Below, piece after piece: positions 39,351 to 49,089 of a stretch of 64,000 bases of DNA. Both the position numbers and the translations under genes were made by a program. Where the stretch lies: NCBI GenBank assembly GCA_017627275.1, contig JAGAHC010000008.1, positions 77-64,076 of the forward strand, given 5' to 3'. The stretch is from Lachnospiraceae bacterium. Its GTDB lineage: Bacteria; Bacillota; Clostridia; Lachnospirales; Lachnospiraceae. Numbering within the stretch: position 1 is the stretch's first letter; each line of letters opens with the position of its first letter. The notes beneath the pieces are model-generated. The model was not told the origin of the DNA, did no database searches, and worked only from the letters and a program-made list of their open reading frames with translations.

Positions 39351-39770
39351 TTGGTTCAATTAATTGTTGGTAATAAAGGCAAAGGCAAGACAACATGCTT
39401 ACTCGATAAAGTCAATTCTGAAATCAAAAGTATTCTCGGCAATATCTGCTATCTGGATAAAAGCAAGAAACACATGTATGAACTCAATAACCGGATCCGT
39501 CTGATCTGCGTTCCCGATTACGGCATCGAAGGCGCAGAAGAGTTCTTCGGTTTTGTCAGCGGCATCATTTCTCAGGATCATGATTTACAGCAGATGTATT
39601 TCGACAGTTTCCTGGACCTCTCCGGATTAAAGGCCGAAGAGATCCCGGCATTTGTGAAAAAACTGGAGAAGCTCAGCAGCGATTTTGAGGTCGATTTCGT
39701 TGTCAGCGTTTCGCTCGATGAATCGGAGCTTCCGGAATCTGTGAGGGATCTGATCACCGTATCCCTTTGA
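39351..39770 (+). CDS. Small conserved P-loop-like protein of unknown function
   Basis: GNKGKGKT at N-terminus; RBS GGGAGG; upstream TTGCAA-18-TATAAT (39285..39314). Confidence 0.75.
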   Translation: MVQLIVGNKGKGKTTCLLDKVNSEIKSILGNICYLDKSKKHMYELNNRIRLICVPDYGIEGAEEFFGFVSGIISQDHDLQQMYFDSFLDLSGLKAEEIPAFVKKLEKLSSDFEVDFVVSVSLDESELPESVRDLITVSL

Positions 39771-39776
39771 TCTTCC

Positions 39777-41183
39777 TTGCAAAGAAACAAAGATCAACAA
39801 TCCAATACCATCGTTCCGTATAAGAGGCCATGGAATATCAATATCGGCATGATTATTTTTGCCGTGATCCTGGTCTATATTCTCATCAGTATTTTTACCT
39901 ACATGAATACCGAAAAGATCGTGGGTTACGAAGTAAAGAGCGGGTCTCTTTCTTCGAACCGCGTCTTTCGGGGCATCGCTTTGCGCAGGGAAGAGATCGT
40001 GACGAGCGACTATGCGGGCTATATCAATTATTATCACGAGGAAGGGGACCGCATCGGCAATCACAACCTCGTCTATACCATTGATGAATCCGGTACCGTC
40101 ATGGATTATATCAATGCCCAGAACGCGGGAGAGGCTTCGTTTACGGACGAAAACTTAAAGGAACTGCGATCCGACGTGATCTCCTTTATCTCCAATTTTT
40201 CACCCCGTTCTTTTTCTTCCGTCTACGAATTCAAGAATTCCGTGCTCAGCACGACCAGAAAGCTTTCCAGCAACACCATCCTTTCCCAGATCGAAGCCAT
40301 GGACGAAGGCGGGCTTTCCGCCTCCATTCATTACGGCTATGCGCCCGCGACCGGCGATATCGTCTACTCGGTCGACGGGTATGAACAGACGCTGTTTGAA
40401 GACGTAACGGCAAAGGATCTGGAAGGAAATGAATACCGCAAAGACACGCTGGACAACGGCCGGCTGATCGCGCAGGGAGATCCGGTGTTCAAACTCTGCA
40501 CCGATGAAAACTGGACCATCGTCATCGCGGTCTCTTCGCTTGAAGAGGCGCAGGCCTTAAAGGACGAAAACTATGTCCGGGTCCGTTTTCTGAAGAACCA
40601 GTATGAATCCTGGGCCAAGGTGGACATGCGTCCCGGAGAAGAAGAGGACCTTTTCTATGTGAGCCTTTCCTTTACCAACTCCATGGTCACCTTCTGTCAG
40701 GATCGCTACATCGACATTGAGATCCTCAACACCGACCGCATCGGACTCAAGATCCCCAACACCGCCATCGTGGAGAGCGAGTTCTTCCTGGTGCCCAAGG
40801 ACTTTCTGACGCAGTCGGTCTCCGGACAGGGCGTCCTGCGGCTTGGGACAACGGAAGCGGGCTCTCAGACCACGGACTTCATCGTGTCGCCGCCGTATTC
40901 GGAAACGGAAGAGTACTATTACCTGGATCAGACGTCCCTCCGGCTTGGCGATACGCTCATCAAGCCCGATTCCGACGAGACCTATACGATCAGTGCGCTC
41001 GGCACCCTGGTCGGCGTCTACAACATCAACAAGGGCTATGCCGATTTCAAACTCATCAACGTCCTTTACAGCAACGACGAGTATTCGATCGTCGTACCGA
41101 ATAATGTCTATGGGTTAAGTGAATACGATTACATCGTTCTGGATGCGTCCAAGATCGCGCCGGACCAGCTGATCTATCAGTAA
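39777..41183 (+). CDS. Membrane-anchored protein, HlyD/adaptor-like, unknown function
   Basis: Single N-terminal TM, beta-rich extracellular region; family call from remembered synteny upstream of sepF. Confidence 0.6.
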   Translation: MQRNKDQQSNTIVPYKRPWNINIGMIIFAVILVYILISIFTYMNTEKIVGYEVKSGSLSSNRVFRGIALRREEIVTSDYAGYINYYHEEGDRIGNHNLVYTIDESGTVMDYINAQNAGEASFTDENLKELRSDVISFISNFSPRSFSSVYEFKNSVLSTTRKLSSNTILSQIEAMDEGGLSASIHYGYAPATGDIVYSVDGYEQTLFEDVTAKDLEGNEYRKDTLDNGRLIAQGDPVFKLCTDENWTIVIAVSSLEEAQALKDENYVRVRFLKNQYESWAKVDMRPGEEEDLFYVSLSFTNSMVTFCQDRYIDIEILNTDRIGLKIPNTAIVESEFFLVPKDFLTQSVSGQGVLRLGTTEAGSQTTDFIVSPPYSETEEYYYLDQTSLRLGDTLIKPDSDETYTISALGTLVGVYNINKGYADFKLINVLYSNDEYSIVVPNNVYGLSEYDYIVLDASKIAPDQLIYQ

Positions 41184-41308
41184 CAGGGTTCTTCCCCTGC
41201 GAAAAATCCGTCCATTTAGGTTGACACATGCCAATAATCCATAGATAATGATTATATCTGTTTATTTTTTCTTATAATTATACTAAAGTTCAAGGGGAGA
41301 TTTTGCAT

Positions 41309-41827
41309 ATGAGCGTAATGGACAAGTTGATCAATGCCATGAGGATCAATCCGGAAGAAGAATATTACGAAGGAGAAGAGTTCGACGAACTGGATTCTCA
41401 GGACGCAGCACCGGCACCGTCTCTGTTCAGAAGAGACCGCACGCCGGCAGCGGAAGAGGATAGAACGGAGCGTAAAATGGCGGAAAAGACAAGCTACAGC
41501 AGTGCAAGAGCAAGCAGAAGAAGCGTTGCCGGCATGGAAGTCTGTGTCATTAAGCCGACTTCCGTGGAAGAAGCAAGAGAGCTGACGGACACCCTCCTTG
41601 AGAACCGGACCGTTGTTCTGAATCTGGAAGGACTGGATGTCGATATTGCGCAGCGCATCATCGATTTTACTTCCGGTTCCTGCTATGCCATTCGCGGCAA
41701 CCTGATGAAAATCTCTCATTATATTTTTGTTGTCACCCCGGAGAGCGTGGACATTTCCGGCGACATCACCGCATCCATGGGCATCGATGAGTCTTCCTCG
41801 TCTGCCTTTGATATGCCGTTTGCCTGA
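41309..41827 (+). CDS. sepF: Cell division protein SepF
   Basis: VVLNLEG..AQRIIDFTSG...ISHYIFVVTP; upstream TTGACA-17-GATAAT (41221..41249). Confidence 0.95.
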   Translation: MSVMDKLINAMRINPEEEYYEGEEFDELDSQDAAPAPSLFRRDRTPAAEEDRTERKMAEKTSYSSARASRRSVAGMEVCVIKPTSVEEARELTDTLLENRTVVLNLEGLDVDIAQRIIDFTSGSCYAIRGNLMKISHYIFVVTPESVDISGDITASMGIDESSSSAFDMPFA

Positions 41828-41856
41828 TCCTGTTTGGTATTGAACGGGAATTCCAT

Positions 41857-41886
41857 ACGCGGTCCTGTTCGTCAGGACCGCGTTTT
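41857..41886 (+). terminator. Probable terminator after sepF
   Basis: Stem ACGCGGTCCTG/CAGGACCGCGT then TTT. Confidence 0.6.
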
Positions 41887-41930
41887 GTATGAAAACACTT
41901 ATTCATGAAAACGCAAAAGGACGACTGGGA

Positions 41931-42521
41931 ATGAACGAAACAAAACGACCGCTTCAAGAAGAACAGAAGAGTGTGTGGGAGAAAATGCCCCTTCTCCACT
42001 TTGTCTGGATGCTGCCGTTATTCGGTATCCTCCTGTTTCTTGATCTTTCCACCAAGCAATGGGCGGAGAGGGTCTTGAAGGATGCCGATCCGATCCCGTT
42101 AATCCGGGGCGTTCTGGAATTCCAGTATCTGGAAAACGCCGGCGCCGCCTTCGGGATGATGCAGCGGGCACAAGGGTTCTTTGTGATCTCCGCCATCGCG
42201 GTGCTCATCATCATCACGTCCGTTCTTTTCAATATGCCGGGCGGGAAGCGTCACCTTCCTCTGCGTGTGAACGTGGTCGTGATCGCGGCGGGCGCCCTGG
42301 GAAACCTCATCGACCGCCTTCGTTTTCAGTATGTCAGAGACTTTATTTACTTTAAGCTGATCAATTTCCCCATCTTCAATGTCGCGGACATCTGCGTCAC
42401 CTGCGGCGCCATCGTTCTGATGATTCTGCTGCTCTGGTTTTATAAGGACAAGGACCTGGAGTTTCTGTCTTCCTCCAAGCGCAGGGAAACGCCGCAGCCC
42501 GGGAAGAAAAAGAAAAAATGA
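41931..42521 (+). CDS. lspA: Lipoprotein signal peptidase II
   Basis: DLSTK, NAGAAFG, GALGNLIDR, VRDFI, FNVAD; start uncertain (41889 alternative). Confidence 0.94.
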   Translation: MNETKRPLQEEQKSVWEKMPLLHFVWMLPLFGILLFLDLSTKQWAERVLKDADPIPLIRGVLEFQYLENAGAAFGMMQRAQGFFVISAIAVLIIITSVLFNMPGGKRHLPLRVNVVVIAAGALGNLIDRLRFQYVRDFIYFKLINFPIFNVADICVTCGAIVLMILLLWFYKDKDLEFLSSSKRRETPQPGKKKKK

Positions 42522-43474
42522 ACCTCTTACGCTTTGATGTCGGAGAAGAAGAGGAGGGGATGCGGATCGACCGCTACCTGGTGCAGGAACTGGAAGAAGC
42601 GTATTCCAGGTCTTACCTGAAAACGCTGTTTGCAAAGGATCTGATCCTCTTAAACGATAAGGCCGTCAAGCCTTCGTGTCCGGTCACGGCAGGCGACCGC
42701 ATTCTGTTGTCCCTTCCGGAACAGGAGCTTCCTTCGATCGTCCCGGAAGACATCCCGCTGTCCATCCTGTATGAAGATGACGACCTCCTGGTCGTCAATA
42801 AAGAAAAGGGCATGGTCGTCCATCCTTCGCACGGACATTGGAGCGGGACACTGGTGAATGCCGTCATGCATCACTGCCTGCTCCCTGACGGGACTTACAG
42901 TCTGTCCGGTATCAACGGCGTCTTACGTCCGGGCATCGTCCACCGCATCGACAAGGATACCTCAGGCGCACTTCTCATCTGCAAGACCGATGCCGCGCAC
43001 AAAGTCATGGCGGATGCCTTAAAAGAGCATGCGCCGGAGCGTAAGTATGCGGCGCTTGTCTACGGGATCCTCGAAGAAGACGCCTTCACGATCGATCAGC
43101 CCATCGGCAGAGACGTGAAGGACCGCAAAAAAATGGCGGTCCGGAAGGACGGAAAACGGGCCGTGACCCATGTCCGCGTCCTCGAGCGCTTTGAAAAGAA
43201 AGGGGACCTTCCCGCCTCGACCCTCATCGAATGCCGCCTGGAAACGGGCAGGACCCACCAGATCCGTGTGCATATGGCTTTCTGCGGGCACCCGGTCCTT
43301 GGCGATCCCGTGTATGCGGGGCGAAGACGAAGCGTACTGGACGGCGCAGGACAGTACCTGCACGCAAAGACGCTTGGCTTTACGCATCCGCGCACCGGAG
43401 AGGAAATCCATACGGAGGCGCCGCTTCCCGCGGTATTTGAAGAAGCCCTGCGAAGGCTTCGAAGCGCGCCGTAA
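42518..43474 (+). CDS. rluD: RluA-family pseudouridine synthase (RluD-like)
   Basis: S4 domain, NKEKGMVVHP, HRIDKDTSG, GRTHQIRVH. Confidence 0.9.
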   Translation: MNLLRFDVGEEEEGMRIDRYLVQELEEAYSRSYLKTLFAKDLILLNDKAVKPSCPVTAGDRILLSLPEQELPSIVPEDIPLSILYEDDDLLVVNKEKGMVVHPSHGHWSGTLVNAVMHHCLLPDGTYSLSGINGVLRPGIVHRIDKDTSGALLICKTDAAHKVMADALKEHAPERKYAALVYGILEEDAFTIDQPIGRDVKDRKKMAVRKDGKRAVTHVRVLERFEKKGDLPASTLIECRLETGRTHQIRVHMAFCGHPVLGDPVYAGRRRSVLDGAGQYLHAKTLGFTHPRTGEEIHTEAPLPAVFEEALRRLRSAP

Positions 43475-43558
43475 GGGGATATTTTTTGCTTTCCTCATGA
43501 ATGAAAACGCAATTTGTGGTATATTTTCTTTAAACCATTATTTTGAAAGGATCAGACT

Positions 43559-44185
43559 ATGAATACTATTATCACGATCGGCAGACAGTTCGGCTCCGGC
43601 GGAAGAGAGATCGGCGAAAAAGTCGCGGCGCATTTCGGCATTCCCTGCTATGATAAGGAACTCTTAAGCAAGGTCTCGCAGAATTCCGGCTTTGCCCAGG
43701 AAATGATCAAAAAGCACGACGAAAAGCCGACCGGCTCATTCCTCTACAACCTGGTCATGGATACCTATTCCTTCGGGTACAACGCATCTTCCTTTGTGGA
43801 TATGCCGATCTCCCAGAAGGTCTTTCTGGCACAGTTTGATACCATCAAGAAGCTGGCAGAAGAGGGGCCTGCCGTTTTTATCGGCCGTTGTGCGGACAGC
43901 GCGCTGAGCGAAAAGACAAACGTCATCAACATCTTTATCCAGGCAAATGAGGACTTCCGCGTCAAAAAGATCATGAGCCGCTATGCGGACATCGATACCG
44001 AGCAGAAAGCCCTCGATATGATGAACAAAAAGGATAAGCAGCGTCAGAGCTATTACAATTATTACACCTCCAAAAAATGGGGACGCTCAGACACCTACGA
44101 CCTGTGCATCAACACGGCGATGCTCGGCATCGAAGGAACCGTCAAACTGATCATTCAGTGCATCGAGGATTTCGAGGGCAAGTGA
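43559..44185 (+). CDS. Cytidylate kinase-like family protein
   Basis: ITIGRQFGSGG, IGRCAD, DKQRQSYY. Confidence 0.85.
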   Translation: MNTIITIGRQFGSGGREIGEKVAAHFGIPCYDKELLSKVSQNSGFAQEMIKKHDEKPTGSFLYNLVMDTYSFGYNASSFVDMPISQKVFLAQFDTIKKLAEEGPAVFIGRCADSALSEKTNVINIFIQANEDFRVKKIMSRYADIDTEQKALDMMNKKDKQRQSYYNYYTSKKWGRSDTYDLCINTAMLGIEGTVKLIIQCIEDFEGK

Positions 44186-44234
44186 TCGAAAGAGGACTGT
44201 CCGAGAGTATAGAAAGACTGCAGAATACAGAAAG

Positions 44235-44268
44235 AAACAGGTCTCTGAGGTAAGAGGCCTGTTTTTTT
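44235..44268 (+). terminator. Terminator between convergent cmk-like gene and dtd
   Basis: Stem AAACAGGTCTC/GAGGCCTGTTT then T-run. Confidence 0.75.
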
Positions 44269-44329
44269 AAATCTCAAACTGTTCGCAAAAGGCAGCTTTA
44301 ACGAATTTACATAGGGGGTTTTTCAGGGA

Positions 44330-44779
44330 TCAGAACAGATCCTCGGAATCCAGGATCACGGTAAAGGGACCGTCATTTAAGAGGCTCACATGCATTTCAG
44401 CACCGAATACACCGGTCTGCACATCCGGAAACGCTTCTCTGCAGCGATCCACGATATGGTTGTAAATGTCCTCTGCATGGTCCGGTGCGCCTGCACGGAT
44501 AAACGAAGGTCTGTTTCCCTTTCTGCAGTCCGCATACAGCGTAAACTGTGAAATCAGGAGCAAATTGCCGCCGATCGTATGGATATCCAGATTGGTCTTG
44601 CCGTCCGCATCGTCAAAAATGCGCAGTTTTTGCATTTTGGCGACCATTTTGTCGGCGATTTCCTTATTGTCCGTATCACAGACCCCGATCAGGACCAGGA
44701 ACCCGTCATCGATCTTTCCGACGATATTTCCGTCTACCTCGACCTGTGCGGTAGTAACGCGTTGAATTACAAATCTCAT
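44330..44779 (-). CDS. dtd: D-aminoacyl-tRNA deacylase
   Basis: MRFVIQRV, SQFTL, GNRPSF, NDGPFT. Confidence 0.96.
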   Translation of the reverse strand: MRFVIQRVTTAQVEVDGNIVGKIDDGFLVLIGVCDTDNKEIADKMVAKMQKLRIFDDADGKTNLDIHTIGGNLLLISQFTLYADCRKGNRPSFIRAGAPDHAEDIYNHIVDRCREAFPDVQTGVFGAEMHVSLLNDGPFTVILDSEDLF

Positions 44780-44844
44780 GTTTTGTCTTCTGTCAGTCTC
44801 TTCTATCGATGTGTTTATTTGTTACTAATTTAACAAACTATGAA

Positions 44845-46191
44845 TTATGCCTTGTCACTATTGTTTTTCCGTCTGTTACGGATCCCCAGGATCCGCTTCC
44901 AGGCAGATTCGGCTTTGCCGGCATTGAAGCGGTTGTCGGTCACATCCCGCTTATTGACCATCTTCCCCTCTTCCACGTAGGCCGTCTCGATATAGGCATT
45001 GGTATCCGTATCCATGCTCTTTTCAGAAAGCCTCCTGTTGACGGCCCTGGCAATGGTCCGGTAGATCACGGCAAATAACGGCACGCCGATGACCCATCCG
45101 GGAAGTCCGAAGACGCCGCCGAACAGGAAGATCGCAAACATTACCCAGAAACTGGGAAGCCCTGTGGAGGACCCTAAAATCCTCGGCCCCAGGATATTGC
45201 CGTCAAACTGCTGCAGGATCAGCACAAAGATCAGGAAATACAGCGATGCCAGCGGCTGGATCATGAAGACCAGAATCGCGCCGATCGCAGCCCCGATGTA
45301 GGGTCCGAAGACCGGAATGATGTTTGTTACGCCAATGATAAAGGAAACCAGGACCGGATACGGCGTCCCGATGATGGACGTGCCGATAAAACAAAGGAAG
45401 CCGATGATGATGGAATCCACGATCTTTCCGACGAAAAAGTTCGTAAACGTCTGATGAATGAAGCGGCATTCCGCGATCGCCTTGTTGGCGGTATCTTCCT
45501 TCAGAAATGCATACGCCATCTTCTTTCCCTGTGCCGCGAACGTGTCTTTGGAATACAGGATATACCCCGATACGATCAGTCCGATAAAGAGGTTGAAGAT
45601 CGTCTGGATGGCGCGCAGGGCGCTTTTGGATACGGCGGTCACCACAGACGTCATGCTCGGCAAAAGTTTGGTGTTGATAAAATTATCGATCCCTTCGTAG
45701 ATCTGATTGATCACCTGGTTGATGTAATTTGACGCCTCTTCATTGATGTCCGCCAGGTGCACCGTGATAAACTCGTTCACATTGTTGATATAGGTCGGCA
45801 TGCTGGCGGCGATGCTCTGGATGCTCGCGATCAGCTGCGGCACGATGATCATCACAGTCCCGAACAACAGGAGCAAAAACAGGATGAGCGTCAGGGGAAC
45901 GGCAGCTTTGCGGATATTGCTGCGTCTTTTGACAGACATCGGATTGCTCTTATCCTTCGAGGAAAACAGAGGAAACAGAATCTTTTCCTCTATAAAATTG
46001 AGAACCGGGGTCAGGATATATCCCAGGATCACGCCGTAAATCACGGCACTCAGCGCCCGCAGGATCCCGAGGAGCCCGCCGACAAACCGTCCTCCGTAGA
46101 AAACAAAGAAATAAAACAGTATGGAAAGGGCGATGACGATAAAGGCCGTGATCCCCCATTTGATTTGGTTTTTATCTGGTCTGAATCTCAT
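44845..46191 (-). CDS. AI-2E (PerM) family membrane transporter
   Basis: Multi-TM, TNIIPVFGPYIG, QQFDGNILGPRILG. Confidence 0.9.
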   Translation of the reverse strand: MRFRPDKNQIKWGITAFIVIALSILFYFFVFYGGRFVGGLLGILRALSAVIYGVILGYILTPVLNFIEEKILFPLFSSKDKSNPMSVKRRSNIRKAAVPLTLILFLLLLFGTVMIIVPQLIASIQSIAASMPTYINNVNEFITVHLADINEEASNYINQVINQIYEGIDNFINTKLLPSMTSVVTAVSKSALRAIQTIFNLFIGLIVSGYILYSKDTFAAQGKKMAYAFLKEDTANKAIAECRFIHQTFTNFFVGKIVDSIIIGFLCFIGTSIIGTPYPVLVSFIIGVTNIIPVFGPYIGAAIGAILVFMIQPLASLYFLIFVLILQQFDGNILGPRILGSSTGLPSFWVMFAIFLFGGVFGLPGWVIGVPLFAVIYRTIARAVNRRLSEKSMDTDTNAYIETAYVEEGKMVNKRDVTDNRFNAGKAESAWKRILGIRNRRKNNSDKA

Positions 46192-46343
46192 AATCTCTCC
46201 TCAAAACGAAACTATTATAACATAAGTAAACAGGAGGAATCCTGAATTTGCAAGGTCTGCGCCTCTTTTCACAAAAATTTCTCAAACTATGGTAGAATGT
46301 TTTTGCGAACAATATATGGTATACGGGAAAGGAACAAACCACA

Positions 46344-47450
46344 ATGCAGTCGGTCAGTGGAAACGCGGCTTACTATGAAGAACAGGAAAACAAGAATACG
46401 CTGAAGATGCGGGAGATCCTCTCTACTCTCCCGCCCTTTTTAAAGCAGTATTTCCGCGGGATCGCTGACCGTACGTCCGCAAGGACGCGGCTCGCCTATG
46501 CCTATGACCTGCATGTGTTCTTCGAATTCCTGCATACGACGAACCCCGCTCTCAAAAGCATCCCCATGACGGAATTTCCGCTCGATCTTCTGAATCAAAT
46601 CAAGAAGGAAGACATTGAGGAATTCCTGGAATACACGTCTTATTACCAGAAAGACACCAAGACCTATACCAACGGAGAACGGGGAAAGGCCAGAAAACTC
46701 TCCGCCATCCGCAGCATGTACCACTATTTTTACTGCTCGGAACTGATCGAAAAGGACATTGCCGCCCTCATCGAGATGCCCAAGCTCCACGAAAAGCCCA
46801 TTATCCGCATGGATGCCGACGAAGTATCCACCCTCTTAAACCAGGTCGAAAAAGGGACGGCGCTCACAAAGGCCCAGCTCAAATACCATAAGGCAACCAG
46901 GGTCCGCGACGTCGCCATGCTCACACTGATGCTCGGTACCGGGATCCGCGTCTCCGAATGCGTGGGACTGGATCTGAAGGATATCAACTTCAAGGAAAAC
47001 GGCATCCGCGTCCACAGGAAGGGCGGATATGATGCCATCGTCTACTTCGGCGACGAAGTGGCTGAAGCCCTGCAGGACTATCTGCAGGAGCGCAGAAATG
47101 TCATTCCGGAAAGCGGGCACGAAAACGCGCTCTTTCTGTCGATGCAGAATAAACGCATCACCGTCCGTGCCGTCGAGAAAATGGTCAAAAAGTACGCTTC
47201 CCTCGTAACGACCATGAAGAAGATCACCCCGCATAAACTGCGGAGCACCTACGGAACAAGTCTTTACCGGGAAACCGGAGACATCTATCTCGTGGCCGAT
47301 GTCCTCGGTCATAAGGACGTCAACACCACGAGAAAGCATTACGCGGCCATCGAAGAAGACAGACGAAAGAAGGCCGCCAATATCGTGAAACTCAGAGACA
47401 GGGAACAAAGGGAAGAAAACAAAGACGACTCCTCTTCTACTGCGGAATGA
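46344..47450 (+). CDS. Chromosomal Xer-type tyrosine recombinase
   Basis: GIRVSE, RKGG, HKLR, LGH, HY catalytic set; no mobile-element context. Confidence 0.88.
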   Translation: MQSVSGNAAYYEEQENKNTLKMREILSTLPPFLKQYFRGIADRTSARTRLAYAYDLHVFFEFLHTTNPALKSIPMTEFPLDLLNQIKKEDIEEFLEYTSYYQKDTKTYTNGERGKARKLSAIRSMYHYFYCSELIEKDIAALIEMPKLHEKPIIRMDADEVSTLLNQVEKGTALTKAQLKYHKATRVRDVAMLTLMLGTGIRVSECVGLDLKDINFKENGIRVHRKGGYDAIVYFGDEVAEALQDYLQERRNVIPESGHENALFLSMQNKRITVRAVEKMVKKYASLVTTMKKITPHKLRSTYGTSLYRETGDIYLVADVLGHKDVNTTRKHYAAIEEDRRKKAANIVKLRDREQREENKDDSSSTAE

Positions 47451-47805
47451 TCATATAATACGGCAGGATGACGCTCGTACCCGGTGTCACCTGCGGCGCG
47501 ATCTCTCCGCCGACCTCCTCCAGATGGTTGATGGAGAGGACCTCTCTCCGGTAAGACGAATACTCGGTCACTTCCTCCGCGCCCGAAAGGAATCTCTCCC
47601 GGATCACATCCTCCAGCGTCTCATCAAAGGGCACCGTCACGCTCGTGTAATACTTTTCCACGATCTTCTTCTCCGTGGACGCCATCGAACGGATCCCGCC
47701 GAAAGCAACCCCCGACATGATCAGTACCGCCAGCGTCAGTAAAAGCATCCTGATGCGCAGCTGCAGTTGTCTCTTGCGACGGCTCGTTCTCCTGTGTGAC
47801 ATCTC
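47437..47805 (-). CDS. yneA: YneA-like SOS cell-division inhibitor (TM + degenerate LysM)
   Basis: Divergent from lexA; TM then KYYTSV...EVLSINHL...ILPYY; RBS GGGGAGG. Confidence 0.7.
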   Translation of the reverse strand, partial: EMSHRRTSRRKRQLQLRIRMLLLTLAVLIMSGVAFGGIRSMASTEKKIVEKYYTSVTVPFDETLEDVIRERFLSGAEEVTEYSSYRREVLSINHLEEVGGEIAPQVTPGTSVILPYYMIIPQ

Positions 47806-47842
47806 TTCATCCTCCCCTGTATAAACAGCTAAAAGCAAACAG

Positions 47843-47926
47843 AAAACATATGTTCGATATCGTTACTATACAGAACATCTGTTCTCCTGTCAAGTCTTTT
47901 CGAACATATTTTTGGAATATATGTTT
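47843..47926. promoter_or_regulatory. LexA (SOS) operator array in the yneA-lexA divergon
   Basis: Perfect AGAACATCTGTTCT (47872..47885); near-matches AAAACATATGTTCG (47843..47856) and GAATATATGTTT (47915..47926); half site CGAAC at 47901. Confidence 0.85.
47865..47893 (-). promoter_or_regulatory. yneA promoter
   Basis: TTGACA-17-TATAGT on the minus strand with the perfect SOS box in the spacer. Confidence 0.75.
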
Positions 47927-47952
47927 GCTTTTTGCCCGCACCATGCTATAAT
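47925..47952 (+). promoter_or_regulatory. lexA promoter
   Basis: TTGCTT-16-TATAAT with extended TGc. Confidence 0.7.
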
Positions 47953-47990
47953 ACGCTTGTCACGGAGTTTTTCGGAATAAGGAGGCGGCT

Positions 47991-48608
47991 ATGGCCAAGG
48001 GAAGAATCAGTGAGAAACAACAGCAGATTCTCGATTATATCAAAGAAGAGATCCTGGCGAAGGGATATCCTCCGACCGTGCGGGAGATCTGTGAAAAGGT
48101 ACATTTGAAGTCCACCTCTTCCGTGCATTCGCATCTGGAGACACTTGAAAAGAACGGCTTTATCCGTCGTGACCCGACGAAGCCCCGTGCCATTGAGATC
48201 TGTGACGACAGTTTTCAAATGGTCCGCACCGAGATGGTCTCCATTCCCGTTGTCGGCCGCATCGCCGCCGGGGAGCCGATCCTGGCGGACCAGAACATCG
48301 AACAGTACTTCCCCGTTCCCGCGGAGATGATCCCGCAGGGGACGTCTTTTGCCATGCGGGTGCATGGGGATTCCATGATCAATGCCGGCATCTTTGACGG
48401 CGATCTGCTCTTTGCCAACTCTGCCGATACGGCGGAAAACGGCGAGATCGTCGTCGCGCTCATCGACGAGGAGGCCACCGTCAAGCGCTTCTACAAGGAA
48501 AAAGACAGGATCCGTCTGCAGCCGGAAAACGACTCCATGGATCCCATCTATGTGGATCATTGCCTTATCCTCGGGAAGATCTTCGGGGTCCTGCGCCTGA
48601 TGCGCTGA
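47991..48608 (+). CDS. lexA: SOS repressor LexA
   Basis: GYPPTVREI, VGRIAAGEP (AG cleavage site), GDSM, ATVKRFYKE. Confidence 0.97.
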   Translation: MAKGRISEKQQQILDYIKEEILAKGYPPTVREICEKVHLKSTSSVHSHLETLEKNGFIRRDPTKPRAIEICDDSFQMVRTEMVSIPVVGRIAAGEPILADQNIEQYFPVPAEMIPQGTSFAMRVHGDSMINAGIFDGDLLFANSADTAENGEIVVALIDEEATVKRFYKEKDRIRLQPENDSMDPIYVDHCLILGKIFGVLRLMR

Positions 48609-48630
48609 GATCCTTATTTTTCAGCAATAT

Positions 48631-48666
48631 AAGACCCCGGGAATCTGCATTCCCGGGGTCTTTTTT
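48631..48666. terminator. Terminator between convergent lexA and rsfS
   Basis: 14-bp stem AAGACCCCGGGAAT/ATTCCCGGGGTCTT then T-run. Confidence 0.85.
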
Positions 48667-48702
48667 GTCAGAAAATCCGCATCAGTGCCCTGTTCGTGAT
48701 GT

Positions 48703-49062
48703 TCAAAGCTCCTCAGGGTTGATCTGCTTGCCGTCCAGCCAGATGCGCTCCAGATCGTAAAACAGCCGGTTTTCCTCATCAAAAATGTGCACGATCAGAT
48801 CGCCGAAGTCAAGCAGCACCCACTGTGCGTTCTGGTACCCTTCCACCTGTTTGGTCGTGACCCCTTCTTCTCCGAGCGCCTTGATCACGGCATCGGAAAG
48901 GGTCTGGATCTGCGTGGAGTTCCTGCCGCTTGCAATAATGAAGTAGTCAGCCAGGACCGAGACCTCGCTGATATCAATGACCTTGATATCCTTGGCCTTC
49001 TTGTCCTCCAGCGCGTAGATCGCCTTTCTGGCAAGCATCAATGCATCTTTCTTTTCCGCCAT
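48703..49062 (-). CDS. rsfS: Ribosome silencing factor RsfS
   Basis: DKKAKDI, DYFIIASG, WVLLDFGDLIVHIF...FYDLERIW. Confidence 0.96.
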   Translation of the reverse strand: MAEKKDALMLARKAIYALEDKKAKDIKVIDISEVSVLADYFIIASGRNSTQIQTLSDAVIKALGEEGVTTKQVEGYQNAQWVLLDFGDLIVHIFDEENRLFYDLERIWLDGKQINPEEL

Positions 49063-49089
49063 GTTCCGTCCTTTCTTTAAAAAACAAGT

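Noticed and set aside
46344-47450. Tyrosine recombinase as a prophage or ICE integrase
   Set aside because: Flanked by housekeeping genes with no att repeats, excisionase or cargo; fits a chromosomal Xer.
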